Part shown: piece after piece, positions 32,843-45,400 of the stretch | Position numbering within the stretch: position 1 is the stretch's first letter | Layout of the letters: every line of letters begins with the position of its first letter | NCBI GenBank assembly: GCA_032718475.1 | Contig: JAUCBJ010002682.1 | Coordinates: 1 to 64,000 of the forward strand | DNA: 64,000 bases | Source: Nemertoderma westbladi | Lineage: Eukaryota > Animalia > Xenacoelomorpha | Reading direction: 5' to 3' | The notes under the pieces: model-generated | Seen by the model: the letters and a program-made list of their open reading frames with translations, nothing else | What the model was told of the DNA's origin: nothing | Database searches by the model: none | Made by a program: the position numbers and the translations under genes

Positions 32843-35494
32843 TTCGGTAGTTGTAAGTCAAGTAAAGTGAGTGTCAAAGTATCGAGTTTTACCGTATTTA
32901 TACAAAACGGTACTAATTACAGTCTTATAAAATTAGCCTACCGGCCGATTTTATAGCAGATGGATAAAATTAGCCTAAAACGGCCAATTTTACAGCAAAT
33001 AAATGTCACGGAATAAGTATATAATAAAATTAGCCTAGCGGCCAATTTTATAACAAATAAATCGGATAACGATATGCGTTATCAAAAGGTAAATTAAATA
33101 CAATAATACGGACTAATTCAGCAATGAACAAAGAAATCATACGGAATGCATAAATACTTGAGACAGTGGAACCCACAATAATTTTAACTAATACGGTAAT
33201 GCCTAACTTATTTATGCAACTTTTCGAACTCACCCACTCCAATAATTCTCCAGAAAAACAGATTCCCAGATACAAACCGGACGTGAACCTTTCCGTTTTT
33301 AACGTTGCGGACGAAACGCGATTTTCCCAACCAAAGTTGTTGAGTTATCTATCTCCCAAACTTGCTAAACACGGTCTTGCTCCCGTTACAGTCTAGAAAT
33401 GAGTTCTGAATCCTGAAAAAACAAAAGAGTTAGGTTTTACTTTACGAAAATTTTGTACCGGTACAATATGGTATTTAAACCCCTTTAAACACCGGTATTC
33501 AATTCCAAAATATTTTACACGCGGTTCAAATCAAATTTTTATTTCAAAAAATTAGCACTCAGCTAATCAAATACGAATTTTTACCTCAAAATACAAAATT
33601 TTCAAATAACTTTAGTCCTACCGAACCGTAGTTCAGTAAAACATATTCCTACTAATTTAGGAAATATGTTAAAATAATCATATTCCTACTAATTGAAGAG
33701 ATACGCCTATTCCTACTATTGGAAGAGACGGTAACAATACCTGCAATATCTTACTGTAAAGTTTGTAAATCAAATCATAAATCCGACCTTCTCACCAAAA
33801 CAGTAAACTCTAAGTAAGCGAATATATTGCAGTATTGATCTCTTATAACCGGTGAGGCAGAAAACAGTCTACGAGCAGACAAACTTCGATAAAACAAAAT
33901 CCCGCGCAGCGAATCCTAAAATCAGGCTGACTCACTGACGGACTAAGGGGCTCGTATACTTTGCCGCGGTGTGATTTATATGGTTGGGCAAAGAGACGCT
34001 AGCTAGGTACAGGCAGAGATTTGGAGATGTCTAACTAGCGGGCAAAGCACAGTACGGACAAAGTTAATTTTATATATTTCGAGGTGTAAATAATTTCTAA
34101 CGCGCGTGTTAATTCTGAATGGTCAAAACAGTTTTGCTCCTTCACATATATAATTACTGGGTACGGTGTACATTTACGAATATTCTAATTTTGTAACTTG
34201 TAGGTCCAATACTCACGAATGATAAGGTTCCTTCCCCTCTTGCGTATTTCCAGGACTCAAATTCAGGCATAAGGTTAATACTACGCCCAGAATTCGGCAA
34301 TTTTAGGTACCAGGTCCCTGATACTAAGAAGAGATGTGTTAGTGTACTACTGTAGGCGTACGGGTACTAATAGCTATCCTGGCTCCTATCTAGAATTTTA
34401 GTCACCCAGGTAGTCCGGGTAACTTCCTATTAGGGCGTTGGCGGGGACACGGTAGATGTTAGTATATCCCTGATAGCCTCAATTTATTTGCGCCTAGTGT
34501 AAACTGCCCTACCGCCTGAACGGTACAATCCCAATTCAGGTGAAAACACAGCAACCCCCCTAGCCTACAAGTTCTGATGTAATGGACACTGTCGTACTGC
34601 AAATAGTCGCACACGCACCTGTACTTAGCAAGAGTTAAGCGTACAGTTTGCTGCACCCTAACCAATGTGTATGCCTTGTACCGGTGTGCCTACGTCCTAT
34701 CTGCGTACTAGTATCTGCCTGCGCTCTCTCTCCCCCCGTAGGAATATGAAGGTCTACTGTGGGTTTTTTCCTGAATCAAGACAGTACAGTCCCTATGATG
34801 TAATTTTGGGCTTACAGCGTGTCACTACGTCTACCTTTGATCTTTTGGTCTTATACTTAGGTAGCAAGGATCGAACGCTGTCTAACCTTTCAGGCGATGG
34901 GCGAATAACTCCAAAATGGTATTGCGAGTTGTCTCTCGTCTACATTCCCGTGATGTTCCCGTTCATTGCTGCGGCCCGATCTCTAGCCGGCCATCCTGTC
35001 CCTGAGTTTGTTCACCGTAGTGAATTCATAGTAAAACAGAAAAGCTGAGAGAATATTCTGACTTTATTACAGAAGACACAATTATAATACAATGTAATCT
35101 GAGAATAAACTAAGCACGACAGAGAGATTGATTATAAGAAGTTTGTGTGAGTATAAAGTATATACTAAAGTAGTATACTAAAGTAGTAAACTAATGAACG
35201 AAATCGCACCTTTTTATACCAAATTTGTGCCGCAATCAATCGAGAAAATTCTCGATTGTTCTATAGATTCTAACAAGGTTTTAAAGATAGCTATTGGTCC
35301 AGCTAATATATAACTTGCACGACATTGGTTACAATCAAATAACTACAGTCTTATTGGTACAGACAAATGCAATTAATTTGTAGCGGTTAATTTAAATGAG
35401 TTGAAATTCTGCACAAAAAATAATTCGCACTTACTAGGATTCGAACTCGATACCTACTACACATATAATTTCCAACGCTCTACCAACTGAGCTA

Positions 35495-37429
35495 GGGCTG
35501 GGGTAAAACAGACTGTAAACAAGGGGGGAAAAGAATTACGCGGAAAAATGACCAGAGAGGGAGGAAAAACGCAGAGAGAAAGGAAAAACGCAATAATGTA
35601 TTTTTCTACCATACATATTTTTATTAGAATTATTATACTTTGTAAATATTGAAACATCAATATTAAGTATGAGAACATGTAATATACATAATAGAGCATT
35701 GTACATTATACAGTAACTTATACAAATTTAACTTATTCAACAAATAATATATTATTCTTTACGTCTAACAACTATCAACGTAGGCTATTCTACCCCTAAA
35801 AGTCTGTTTACACGTGGAAACTTTTAGATCAACTTTCTCGGCAAAATAGCAACTTTTTTTGGAAAAACTTAATTTAATCACTGTTTACACGTGGCAACTT
35901 TACCAGCAACATGGCCGGCAACTTTTAGAGCAACTTGGCTAGTTTGACTGTAAAATAGTGGGTCATTTTATCTACTAGCTATTTTTTGATAATTTAATTT
36001 GATTATCCCGCTTTAATTCGCCAACGCAAATTCCTTCACGTTGCCGTCAAAGTTGAGCAACTTTTACGGCAATTTTTTTCAGCAACTTACGTGTTTACAC
36101 GGAGCAACTTGATCGGCAACCTGGTTTGCTCTACAAGTTGCCGAGAAAGTTGCTCTAAAAGTTGCCACGTGTAAACATGCCTTAAGGCAAGGATATGCTC
36201 ATTGCTCATCTCAAAGATCCATTAGTTTTCCAATAATTTAATTTAAAACTAATAATAATACGATATGGAACTCTGATTCCTCTGCTGACGTAAAACATAA
36301 AAAATCTAAAATACAGTACCCTTTTCGAAATAGGTCACCTTCTAAAATATTAAATTAAAGTACACTGTAAACAATCCATCAAACATAGATCTTACCAATT
36401 TTCCATAACCTTTTCCATCCAATATTTTATATTTTATGTATTTCCTATCTCGACTCATTAGTTTAGTTTTATATACCTGGATCAGCATCGGAACTCCAGT
36501 GAAACAATTGATTGCGCTGTAGATTAACTTAGGATAATTAATTATTTCCCTATCAGCAACAACAGTAACAATCTCACACCTCACAATATTCACATAATAG
36601 TAATACCCCCCCCCCCCCCCCCTTTTTTTGCAAGGACTACACACCACCCCTACCTGCCCAGCACTCCCAGACAATACATTGGGCTATAATACTAGCCACG
36701 CCATTGTCCAAAGTATTATTGTAACTTAACTTTTAATATTGCAATTATACAATATACTGTATATATTACTCTATATGTGCAATGTGAGTATCGGATTACC
36801 AAATAACAATAAATTTTAAACAATTGTCTTCTTTAGTCTAAAATTCGCAACTGTTCGGTGGTCCACCCACACGAACAACACCATGTAGTACTAAAACCTC
36901 TAGGCCTACAACTACATGCTCTAAAACCCCAAAAATGACCCCCCCCGCTAAATGGCAGGTCTCCGTTTGCTAATTCCCTTATCAAAACACGGTACTCATG
37001 GATGCATTTGAAGTCATGACACATTACTGAAAGTTTATTATTTTACTCATAAGTATAGACAACTATATCATTTATTTGTCAATATAACACGATTAACGGA
37101 CTCGTTTAATTAAACGTAACGTAAATCTTTAATGAAATTTAAAAATTCCTTCCAAATCCTTGCCTGTAATCAATAATTAATTAAAAGTTTAGTTGTTTTG
37201 TTGGGTTAACTTAGCAGCCTATCCAAGTACATGATTTCCCATCTCCTCAACCAGGGGAACTACTATATAGTTTAAACTATGTAAGCTATTTATAGCAGCC
37301 AATAGAAAGCCGGGTTTTTCCTACCATCCACCTAAGCAAGCTACTCCCTTCCTCACCTCCACGCTACTCGCGACCTTAGCTCTAGCCTACTCTCAACCTT
37401 AGATTTACCACAGTCCTTAGGTATTCTGC
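35495..37429. mobile_element. Non-coding 1.94-kb insertion with 7-8 bp target-site duplication (unclassified, probably non-autonomous DNA transposon)
   Basis: CTGAGCTA at 35487-35494 and 37430-37437; empty site visible in the other LTR; only weak terminal inverted similarity (GGC.G...GACTGT). Confidence 0.75.
35800..36182. mobile_element. PIF/Harbinger-like MITE (383 bp)
   Basis: ~45-bp TIRs (AAGTCTGTTTACACGTGGAAACTTTTAGATCAACTTTCTCGGCAA / TTGCCGAGAAAGTTGCTCTAAAAGTTGCCACGTGTAAACATGCCT), TAA on both flanks, internal GCAACTT repeats. Confidence 0.8.
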
Positions 37430-37570
37430 CTGAGCTACTGAACCACTTGACCGATGGGTGCACAATAGATAGAACCAATACTAATGAGAACTCAAAGCAA
37501 TCTTTACAAAGTTAATTCGAATAAAATAAAATTTTGAAAATCCACGGCATTTAGGGAATATAATTCTATA

Positions 37571-40500
37571 AGTGTAATGAAATAGTTAGTTATGGTACAA
37601 CTATAACACTAGTGTAATGAAATAGTTAGTTATGGTACAACTATAACACTAGTGTAATTAAATAGTTATGGTACAACTATAACACTAGTGTAATGAAATA
37701 GTTATGGTACAACTATAACACTAGTGTAATGAAATAGTTATGGTACAACTATAACACTAGTGTAATGAAATAGTTATGGTACAACTATAACACTAGTGTA
37801 ATGAAATAGTTATGGTACAACTATAACACTAGTGTAATGAAATAGTTATGGTACAACTATTACACTAGTGTAGTTAAATAGTTATGGTACAACTATTACA
37901 CTAGTGTAATTAAATAGTTATGGTACAACTATAACACTAGTGTAATGAAATAGTTAGTTATGGTACAACTATAACACTAGTGTAATTAAATAGTTATGGT
38001 ACAACTATAACACTAGTGTAATGAAATAGTTATGGTACAACTATAACACTAGTGTAGTTAAATAGTTATGGTACAACTATAACACTAGTGTAATTAAATA
38101 GTTATGGTACAACTATAACACTAGTGTAATGAAATAGTTAGTTATGGTACAACTATAACACTAGTGTAATGAAATAGTTAGTTATGGTACAACTATAACA
38201 CTAGTGTAATTAAATAGTTATGGTACAACTATAACACTAGTGTAATGAAATAGTTATGGTACAACTATAACACTAGTGTAATTAAATAGTTAGTTATGGT
38301 ACAACTATAACACTAGTGTAATTAAATAGTTAGTTATGGTACAACTATAACAATAGTGTAATGAAATAGTTATGGTACAACTATTACACTAGTGTAATTA
38401 AATAGTTATGGTACAGCTATAACACTAGTGTAATGAAATAGTTAGTTATGGTACAACTATTACACTAGTGTAATGAAATAGTTAGTTATGGTACAACTAT
38501 AACACCAGTGTAATGAAATAGTTATGGTACAACTATAACACTAGTGTAATGAAATAGTTATGGTACAACTATAACACTAGTGTAATGAAATAGTTATGGT
38601 ACAACTATAACACTAGTGTAATGAAATAGTTATGGTACAACTATAACACTAGTGTAATGAAATAGTTATGGTACAACTATTACACTAGTGTAGTTAAATA
38701 GTTATGGTACAACTATAACACTAGTGTAGTTAAATAGTTATGGTACAACTATAACACTAGTGTAATGAAATAGTTATGGTACAACTATAACACTAGTGTA
38801 ATGAAATAGTTAGTTATGGTACAACTATAACACCAGTGTAATGAAATAGTTAGTTATGGTACAACTATAACACTAGTGTAATTAAATAGTTATGGTACAA
38901 CTATAACACTAGTGTAATGAAATAGTTATGGTACAACTATTACACTAGTGTAGTTAAATAGTTATGGTACAACTATAACACTAGTGTAGTTAAATAGTTA
39001 TGGTACAACTATAACACTAGTGTAATTAAATAGTTATGGTACAACTATGACACTAGTGTAATTAAATAGTTATGGTACAACTATAACACTAGTGTAATGA
39101 AATAGTTATGGTACAACTATAACACTAGTGTAATTAAATAGTTATGGTACAACTATAACACTAGTGTAATGAAATAGTTATGGTACAACTATAACACTAG
39201 TGTAATGAAATAGTTATGGTACAACTATAACACTAGTGTAATGAAATAGTTATGGTACAACTATAACACTAGTGTAATGAAATAGTTATGGTACAACTAT
39301 AACACTAGTGTAATGAAATAGTTACGGTACAACTATAACACTAGTGTAATGAAATAGTTATGGTACAACTATTACACCAGTGTAATGAAATAGTTATGGT
39401 ACAACTATAACACTAGTGTAATTAAATAGTTATGGTACAACTATAACACTTGTGTAATGAAATAGTTATGGTACAACTATAACACTAGTGTAATGAAATA
39501 GTTATGGTACAACTATTACACCAGTGTAATTAAATAGTTATGGTACAACTATAACACTAGTGTAATTAAATAGTTATGGTACAACTATAACACTAGTGTA
39601 ATGAAATAGTTATGGTACAACTATAACACTAGTGTAATGAAATAGTTATGGTACAACTATAACACTAGTGTAATGAAATAGTTATGGTACAACTATAACA
39701 CTAGTGTAATGAAATAGTTATGGTACAACTATTACACTAGTGTAGTTAAATAGTTATGGTACAACTATAACACTAGTGTAGTTAAATAGTTATGGTACAA
39801 CTATAACACTAGTGTAATGAAATAGTTAGATATAGTACAACTATAACACTAGTGTAATTAAATAGTTAGTTATGGTACAACTATAACACTAGTGTAATGA
39901 AATAGTTATGGTACAACTATAACACTAGTGTAATGAAATAGTTATGGTACAACTATTACACCAGTGTAATTAAATAGTTATGGTACAACTATAATACTAG
40001 TGTAATTAAATAGTTATGGTACAACTATAACACTAGTGTAATTAAATAGTTATGGTACAACTATAACACTAGTGTAATTAAATAGTTATGGTACAACTAT
40101 AACACTAGTGTAATTAAATAGTTATGGTACAACTATAACACTAGTGTAATTAAATAGTTATGGTACAACTATAACACTAGTGTAATTAAATAGTTATGGT
40201 ACAACTATAACACTAGTGTAATTAAATAGTTATGGTACAACTATAACACTAGTGTAATTAAATAGTTATGGTACAACTATAACACCAGTGTAATGAAATA
40301 GTTATGGTACAACTATTACACTAGTGTAATTAAATAGTTATGGTACAACTATAAAACTAGTGTAATGAAATAGTTAGTTATGGTACAACTATAACACTAG
40401 TGTAATTAAATAGTTAGTTATGGTACAACTATAACACTAGTGTAATTAAATAGTTATGGTACAACTATAACACCAGTGTAATGAAATAGTTAGTTATGGT

Positions 40501-40647
40501 ACAACTATAACACTAGTGTAATTAAATAGTTAGTTATGGTACAACTATAACACTAGTGTAATTAAATAGTTACGGTACAACTATTACACTAGTGTAATGA
40601 AATAGTTAGTTATGGTACAACTATAACACTAGTGTAATGAAATAGTT
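37571..40647. repeat. Satellite 2: ~3.1 kb, 36/40-bp quasi-palindromic unit
   Basis: AGTGTAATGAAATAGTT(AGTT)ATGGTACAACTATAACACT repeated; begins directly at the LTR end. Confidence 0.97.
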
Positions 40648-40780
40648 CGAGTACAAATATAACTAAAATTGTAATTAATAAAGGCCAATTTATTTAAATC
40701 AAATTCCCATTTGTGCACAAAATTACATACCGGAGCATTTAATAAGATTACAGTTCTCTTCTCTTTAAGTGCTGTAATTT

Positions 40781-41002
40781 ACGTTTTGGATGAACTTGTA
40801 AAATTAATTATATTATGAAAACACGTTTTTGGATGAACTTGCAAAATTAATTATATTATGAAAACACGTTTTTGGTTCAACTTGCAAATTTAATTATATT
40901 ATGAAAACACGTTTTTGGATGAACTTGCAAAATTAATTATATTATGAAAACACGTTTTTGGTTGAACTTGCAAATTTAATTATATTATGAAAACACGTTT
41001 TT
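40781..41002. repeat. Minisatellite, ~43-bp unit x5
   Basis: ACGTTTTTGGATGAACTTGCAAAATTAATTATATTATGAAAAC repeats. Confidence 0.9.
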
Positions 41003-41150
41003 GTTGTTGATTATTAGACCTAGGCCTACATATTGTAGGGTGTATTGTGGGGGGTTGGGGCATGGAGGGGAATTCAAATATGTACTGCTACTCATTCGCC
41101 AATGATGTAATTCCTGCATACTTAGTTACTTAGTTATTGTTCTCACTTAC

Positions 41151-41192
41151 CCTTTGTCATGAATCTACCACTTTTTCTCCTGATGGATGTCC
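41151..41192 (-). CDS. slo2: Candidate 42-bp micro-exon of the Slo2/KCNT gene ((G)TSIRRKSGRFMTK(G)), phase 1/1
   Basis: TTTTTATTTTTAG acceptor and G|GTAAGT donor; open in the phase left by the previous exon; no homology support. Confidence 0.5.
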
Positions 41193-41572
41193 CTAAAAAT
41201 AAAAACCGGTTTAATAATTAAATAATTAATGTTACACACGAATTATAATATGCAAGTATATAATTATATAGTTTTACGAAAAATAATCATTACACGGATT
41301 TAATTCAATACATAATAGTTAATAACTTCTTACGCAGTAAACTGCTAGTTGTCTGCACTCTATCACATTGCCCAATAATATGTAGGCCTATGGATATGCA
41401 GTGCACTCAACCCCATCTACCAATAAATGTCTGAACTTTCTCTCACTGTCAATCATCTACCTGATCTCTACCTGATTTCCCCTAATCTTTCTGCATTCAC
41501 CCAAATTTGTAAATAATCTGTCTGCACTCTATCTGTGTTCCCATATACTGTAATATGACTGACTACACTCAC

Positions 41573-41775
41573 CGACATTGGCCATTAGGTTGCCTAGTTT
41601 ATTAGTGATTGGTGCATCGTCCAGCCGCGGGTTGGCCAATGTGAAGCTACTGTGTTCCTCCTTGGTAATGTTCATGTAGAAACACGTGTCCGAAGCCGCC
41701 ATTAAGTGATGCGGCCCTGGGTTCAACTGGAGGTTGCCGGCCTGACTTCGTATGCCAAGTAAACAAACACCAAAT
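41573..41775 (-). CDS. slo2: Slo2/KCNT exon ([44 protein letters not shown]...MANV)
   Basis: Matches KCNT1/2 motif YGVCLIG...[24 protein letters not shown]; CAG acceptor, GTGAGT donor, phase 2/1. Confidence 0.92.
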
Positions 41776-42036
41776 CTGCGTACAAGTTTAATATGCTTCG
41801 ATAACAAAATGACCATTTCACGTGATGTAAAAAGTTGTATTGATCTATGGTCTCCCACACCCACACCCACCCCCACCCCCAGCTTGCCGCAGTTTAGCGG
41901 ATCGTCTATTTATTTTTGTAACAATTTTGGGAGAATCTACAGTGCCGCCATAGGTAAATTATACCTGATTAAAAAAAGTTAATATACGGGACTTAATAAT
42001 TAATTTACAACCCTAAATACGCCAATAATAACTCAC

Positions 42037-42186
42037 TTCTTATGAGCATGGAAGGATGCGTATGTGAAACTTTTACTGCAATATTCTCCGAAGAATTTAC
42101 TGTCTCCGAGACGAATGTGGTAGATTTCGTTACCGGCACTGCGGCCGTATACGCGTTGCCAATAGTCGTCCGATCGTTGGCCTTCC
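42037..42186 (-). CDS. slo2: Slo2/KCNT exon ([50 protein letters not shown])
   Basis: Manual translation matches KCNT WQRMYGRCSGNEVYHI..DSKFF.EY..KSFTYA.FHAHKK; CAG/GTGAGT, phase 2/2; not in the ORF track in this frame. Confidence 0.93.
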
Positions 42187-42466
42187 CTGTGGGATTATAA
42201 TTCGGTTTACGCACTGTATATGAAGTCGGACTTCATCCGCGCTAAAGACTTACAATTGTAAACGAGTAAACAGACAATTTTCGCATGTTAAAATGGAGAA
42301 AGGAGTTCCAAATTGTATAACGGGTATGCGGGGCTGAAAAAAATAATCGCTATAACTTTTCATTCCCTCTTTCACTTCTATATGAAATAATTATTATTTT
42401 GCTCAAAAATAACGCATTTGTTAGATTGCTTTAGGGTGATAATAATGTATGGCGTAAGTTTCAGTT

Positions 42467-45400
42467 GCGAACAATATCGAGCAGCCAGTTATACTTACTG
42501 TCCTCTAAGCGAGTGTAGCGAACAATATCGAGCAGCCAGTTATACTTACTGTCTTCTAAGCGAGTGTAACGAACAATATCGAGCAGCCAGTTATACTTAC
42601 TGTCCTCTATAAGCGTGTGTAGGAAACAATAACGAGCAGCCAGTTATACTTACTGTCCTCTAACCGTGTGTAGCGAACAATATCGAGCAGCCAGTTATAC
42701 TTACTGTCCTCTAACCGTGTGTAGCGAACAATATCGAGCAGCCAGTTATACTTACTGTCCTCTAAGTGTGTGTAGCAAACAATATCGAGCAGCCAGTTAT
42801 ACTTACTGTCCTCTAAGCGAGTGTAGCAAACAATATCGAGCAGCCAGTTATACTTACTGCCCTCTAACCGTGTGTAGCGAACAATATCGAGCAGCCAGTT
42901 ATACTTACTGTCCTCTAAGCGAGTGTAGCAAACAATATCGAGCAGCCAGTTATACTTACTGTCCTCTAACCGTGTGTAGCGAACAATATCGAGCAGCCAG
43001 ATATACTTTCTGTCCTCTAAGCGTGTGTAGCGAACAATATCGAGCAGCCAGTTATACTTACTGTCCTCTATAAGCGTGTGTAGGAAACAATATCGAGCAG
43101 CCAGTTATACTTACTGTCCTCTATAAGCGTGTGTAGGAAACAATATCGAGCAGCCAGTTATACTTACTGTCCTCTAAGCGAGTGTAGCAAACAATATCGA
43201 GCAGCCAGTTATACTTACTGTCCTCTAAGCGTGTGTAGGAAACAATATCGAGCAGCCAGTTATACTTACTGTCCTCTATAAGCGTGTGTAGGAAACAATA
43301 TCGAGCAGCCAGTTATACTCACTGTCCTCTAACCGTGTGTAGCGAACAATATCGAGCAGCCAGTTATACTTACTGTCCTCTAAGCGAGTGTAGCAAACAA
43401 TATCGAGCAGCCAGTTATACTTACTGTCCTCTAAGCGTGTGTAGGAAACAATATCGAGCAGCCAGTTATACTTACTGTCCTCTAAGTGTGTGTGTGTAGC
43501 GAACAATATCGAGCAGCCAGTTATACTTACTGTCCTCTAACCGTGTGTAGCGAACAATATCGAGCAGCCAGTTATACTTACTGTCCTCTAAGTGTGTGTG
43601 TGTAGCGAACAATATCGAGCAGCCAGTTATACTTACTGTCCTCTAAGCGTGTGTAGCAAACAATATCGAGCAGCCAGTTATACTTACTGTCCTCTAACCG
43701 TGTGTAGCAAACAATATCGAGCAGCCAGTTATACTTACTGTCCTCTAAGCGTGTGTAGCAAACAATATCGAGCAGCCAGTTATACTTACTGTCCTCTAAG
43801 CGTGTGTGTGTAGCAAACAATATCGAGCAGCCAGTTATACTTACTGTCCTCTAAGCGTGTGTGTGTAGCAAACAATATCGAGCAGCCAGTTATACTTACT
43901 GTCCTCTAAGCGAGTGTAGCAAACAATATCGAGCAGCCAGTTATACTTACTGTCCTCTAAGCGTGTGTAGCAAACAATATCGAGCAGCCAGTTATACTTA
44001 CTGTCCTCTAAGCGTGTGTGTGTAGCAAACAATATCGAGCAGCCAGTTATACTTACTGTCCTCTAAGCGTGTCTGTGTAGCAAACAATATCGAGCAGCCA
44101 GTTATACTTACTGTCCTCTAAGCGAGTGTAGCAAACAATATCGAGCAGCCAGTTATACTTACTGTCCTCTAAGCGAGTGTAGCGAACAATATCGAGCAGC
44201 CAGTTATACTTACTGTCCTCTAACCGTGTGTAGCGAACAATATCGAGCAGCCAGTTATACTTACTGTCCTCTAAGTGTGTGTGTGTAGCGAACAATATCG
44301 AGCAGCCAGTTATACTTACTGTCCTCTATAAGCGTGTGTAGCAAACAATATCGAGCAGCCAGTTATACTTACTGTCCTCTAACCGTGTGTAGCGAACAAT
44401 ATCGAGCAGCCAGTTATACTTACTGTCATCTAAGCGTGTGTAGCAAACAATATCGAGCAGCCAGTTATACTTACTGTCCTCTAACCGTGTGTAGCAAACA
44501 ATATCGAGCAGCCAGTTATACTTACTGTCCTCTAAGCGTGTGTAGCAAACAATATCGAGCAGCCAGTTATACTTACTGTCCTCTAAGCGTGTGTAGCAAA
44601 CAATATCGAGCAGCCAGTTATACTTACTGTCCTCTAAGCGTGTGTAGCAAACAATATCGAGCAGCCAGTTATACTTACTGTCCTCTAACCGTGTGTAGCA
44701 AACAATATCGAGCAGCCAGTTATACTTACTGTCCTCTAAGCGAGTGTAGCAAACCATATCGAGCAGCCAGTTATACTTACTGTCCTCTAACCGTGTGTAG
44801 CAAACAATATCGAGCAGCCAGTTATACTTACTGTCCTCTAAGCGTGTGTAGCGAACAATATCGAGCAGCCAGTTATACTTACTGTCCTCTAAGCGTGTGT
44901 ATAGCAAACAATATCGAGCAGCCAGTTATACTTACTGTCCTCTAACCGTGTGTAGCAAACAATATCGAGCAGCCAGTTATACTTACTGTCCTCCTAGCGT
45001 GTGTAGCGAACAATATCGAGCAGCCAGTTATACTTACTGTCCTCTAAGCGTGTGTAGCAAACAATATCGAGCAGCCAGTTATACTTACTGTCCTCTAACC
45101 GTGTGTAGCAAACAATATCGAGCAGCCAGTTATACTTACTGTCCTCTAAGCGTGTGTAGCGAACAATATCGAGCAGCCAGTTATACTTACTGTCCTCTAA
45201 GCGTGTGTAGCAAACAATATCGAGCAGCCAGTTATACTTACTGTCCTCTAACCGTGTGTAGCAAACAATATCGAGCAGCCAGTTATACTTACTGTCCTCT
45301 AAGCGAGTGTAGCAAACAATATCGAGCAGCCAGTTATACTTACTGTCCTCTAAGCGTGTGTATAGCGAACAATATCGAGCAGACAGTTATACTTACTGTC

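Larger units (their letters stand above)
18839..37570 (-). mobile_element. BEL/Pao-type LTR retroelement lacking RT/RNase H, with an extra exonuclease ORF
   Basis: Direct ~1.9-kb terminal repeats (offset 14851 at their left ends) flank a Gag-PR-IN ORF with BEL/Pao signatures and a second large ORF. Confidence 0.9.
33690..37570 (-). repeat. 5' LTR, interrupted by a 1.94-kb insertion (LTR parts 33690-35494 and 37430-37570)
   Basis: Matches 18839-20759; homology stops at GAGCTA 35494 and resumes at CTGAGCTACTGAACC 37430. Confidence 0.9.

Noticed and set aside
33318-33345. Minus-strand ...CAACA-ACTT-TGGTTGGGAAAATCG as LTR end plus PBS, and TGTTGAG at 18815 as its counterpart
   Set aside because: Only 7 bp shared, no recognisable tRNA complement and no TSD; unsupported.
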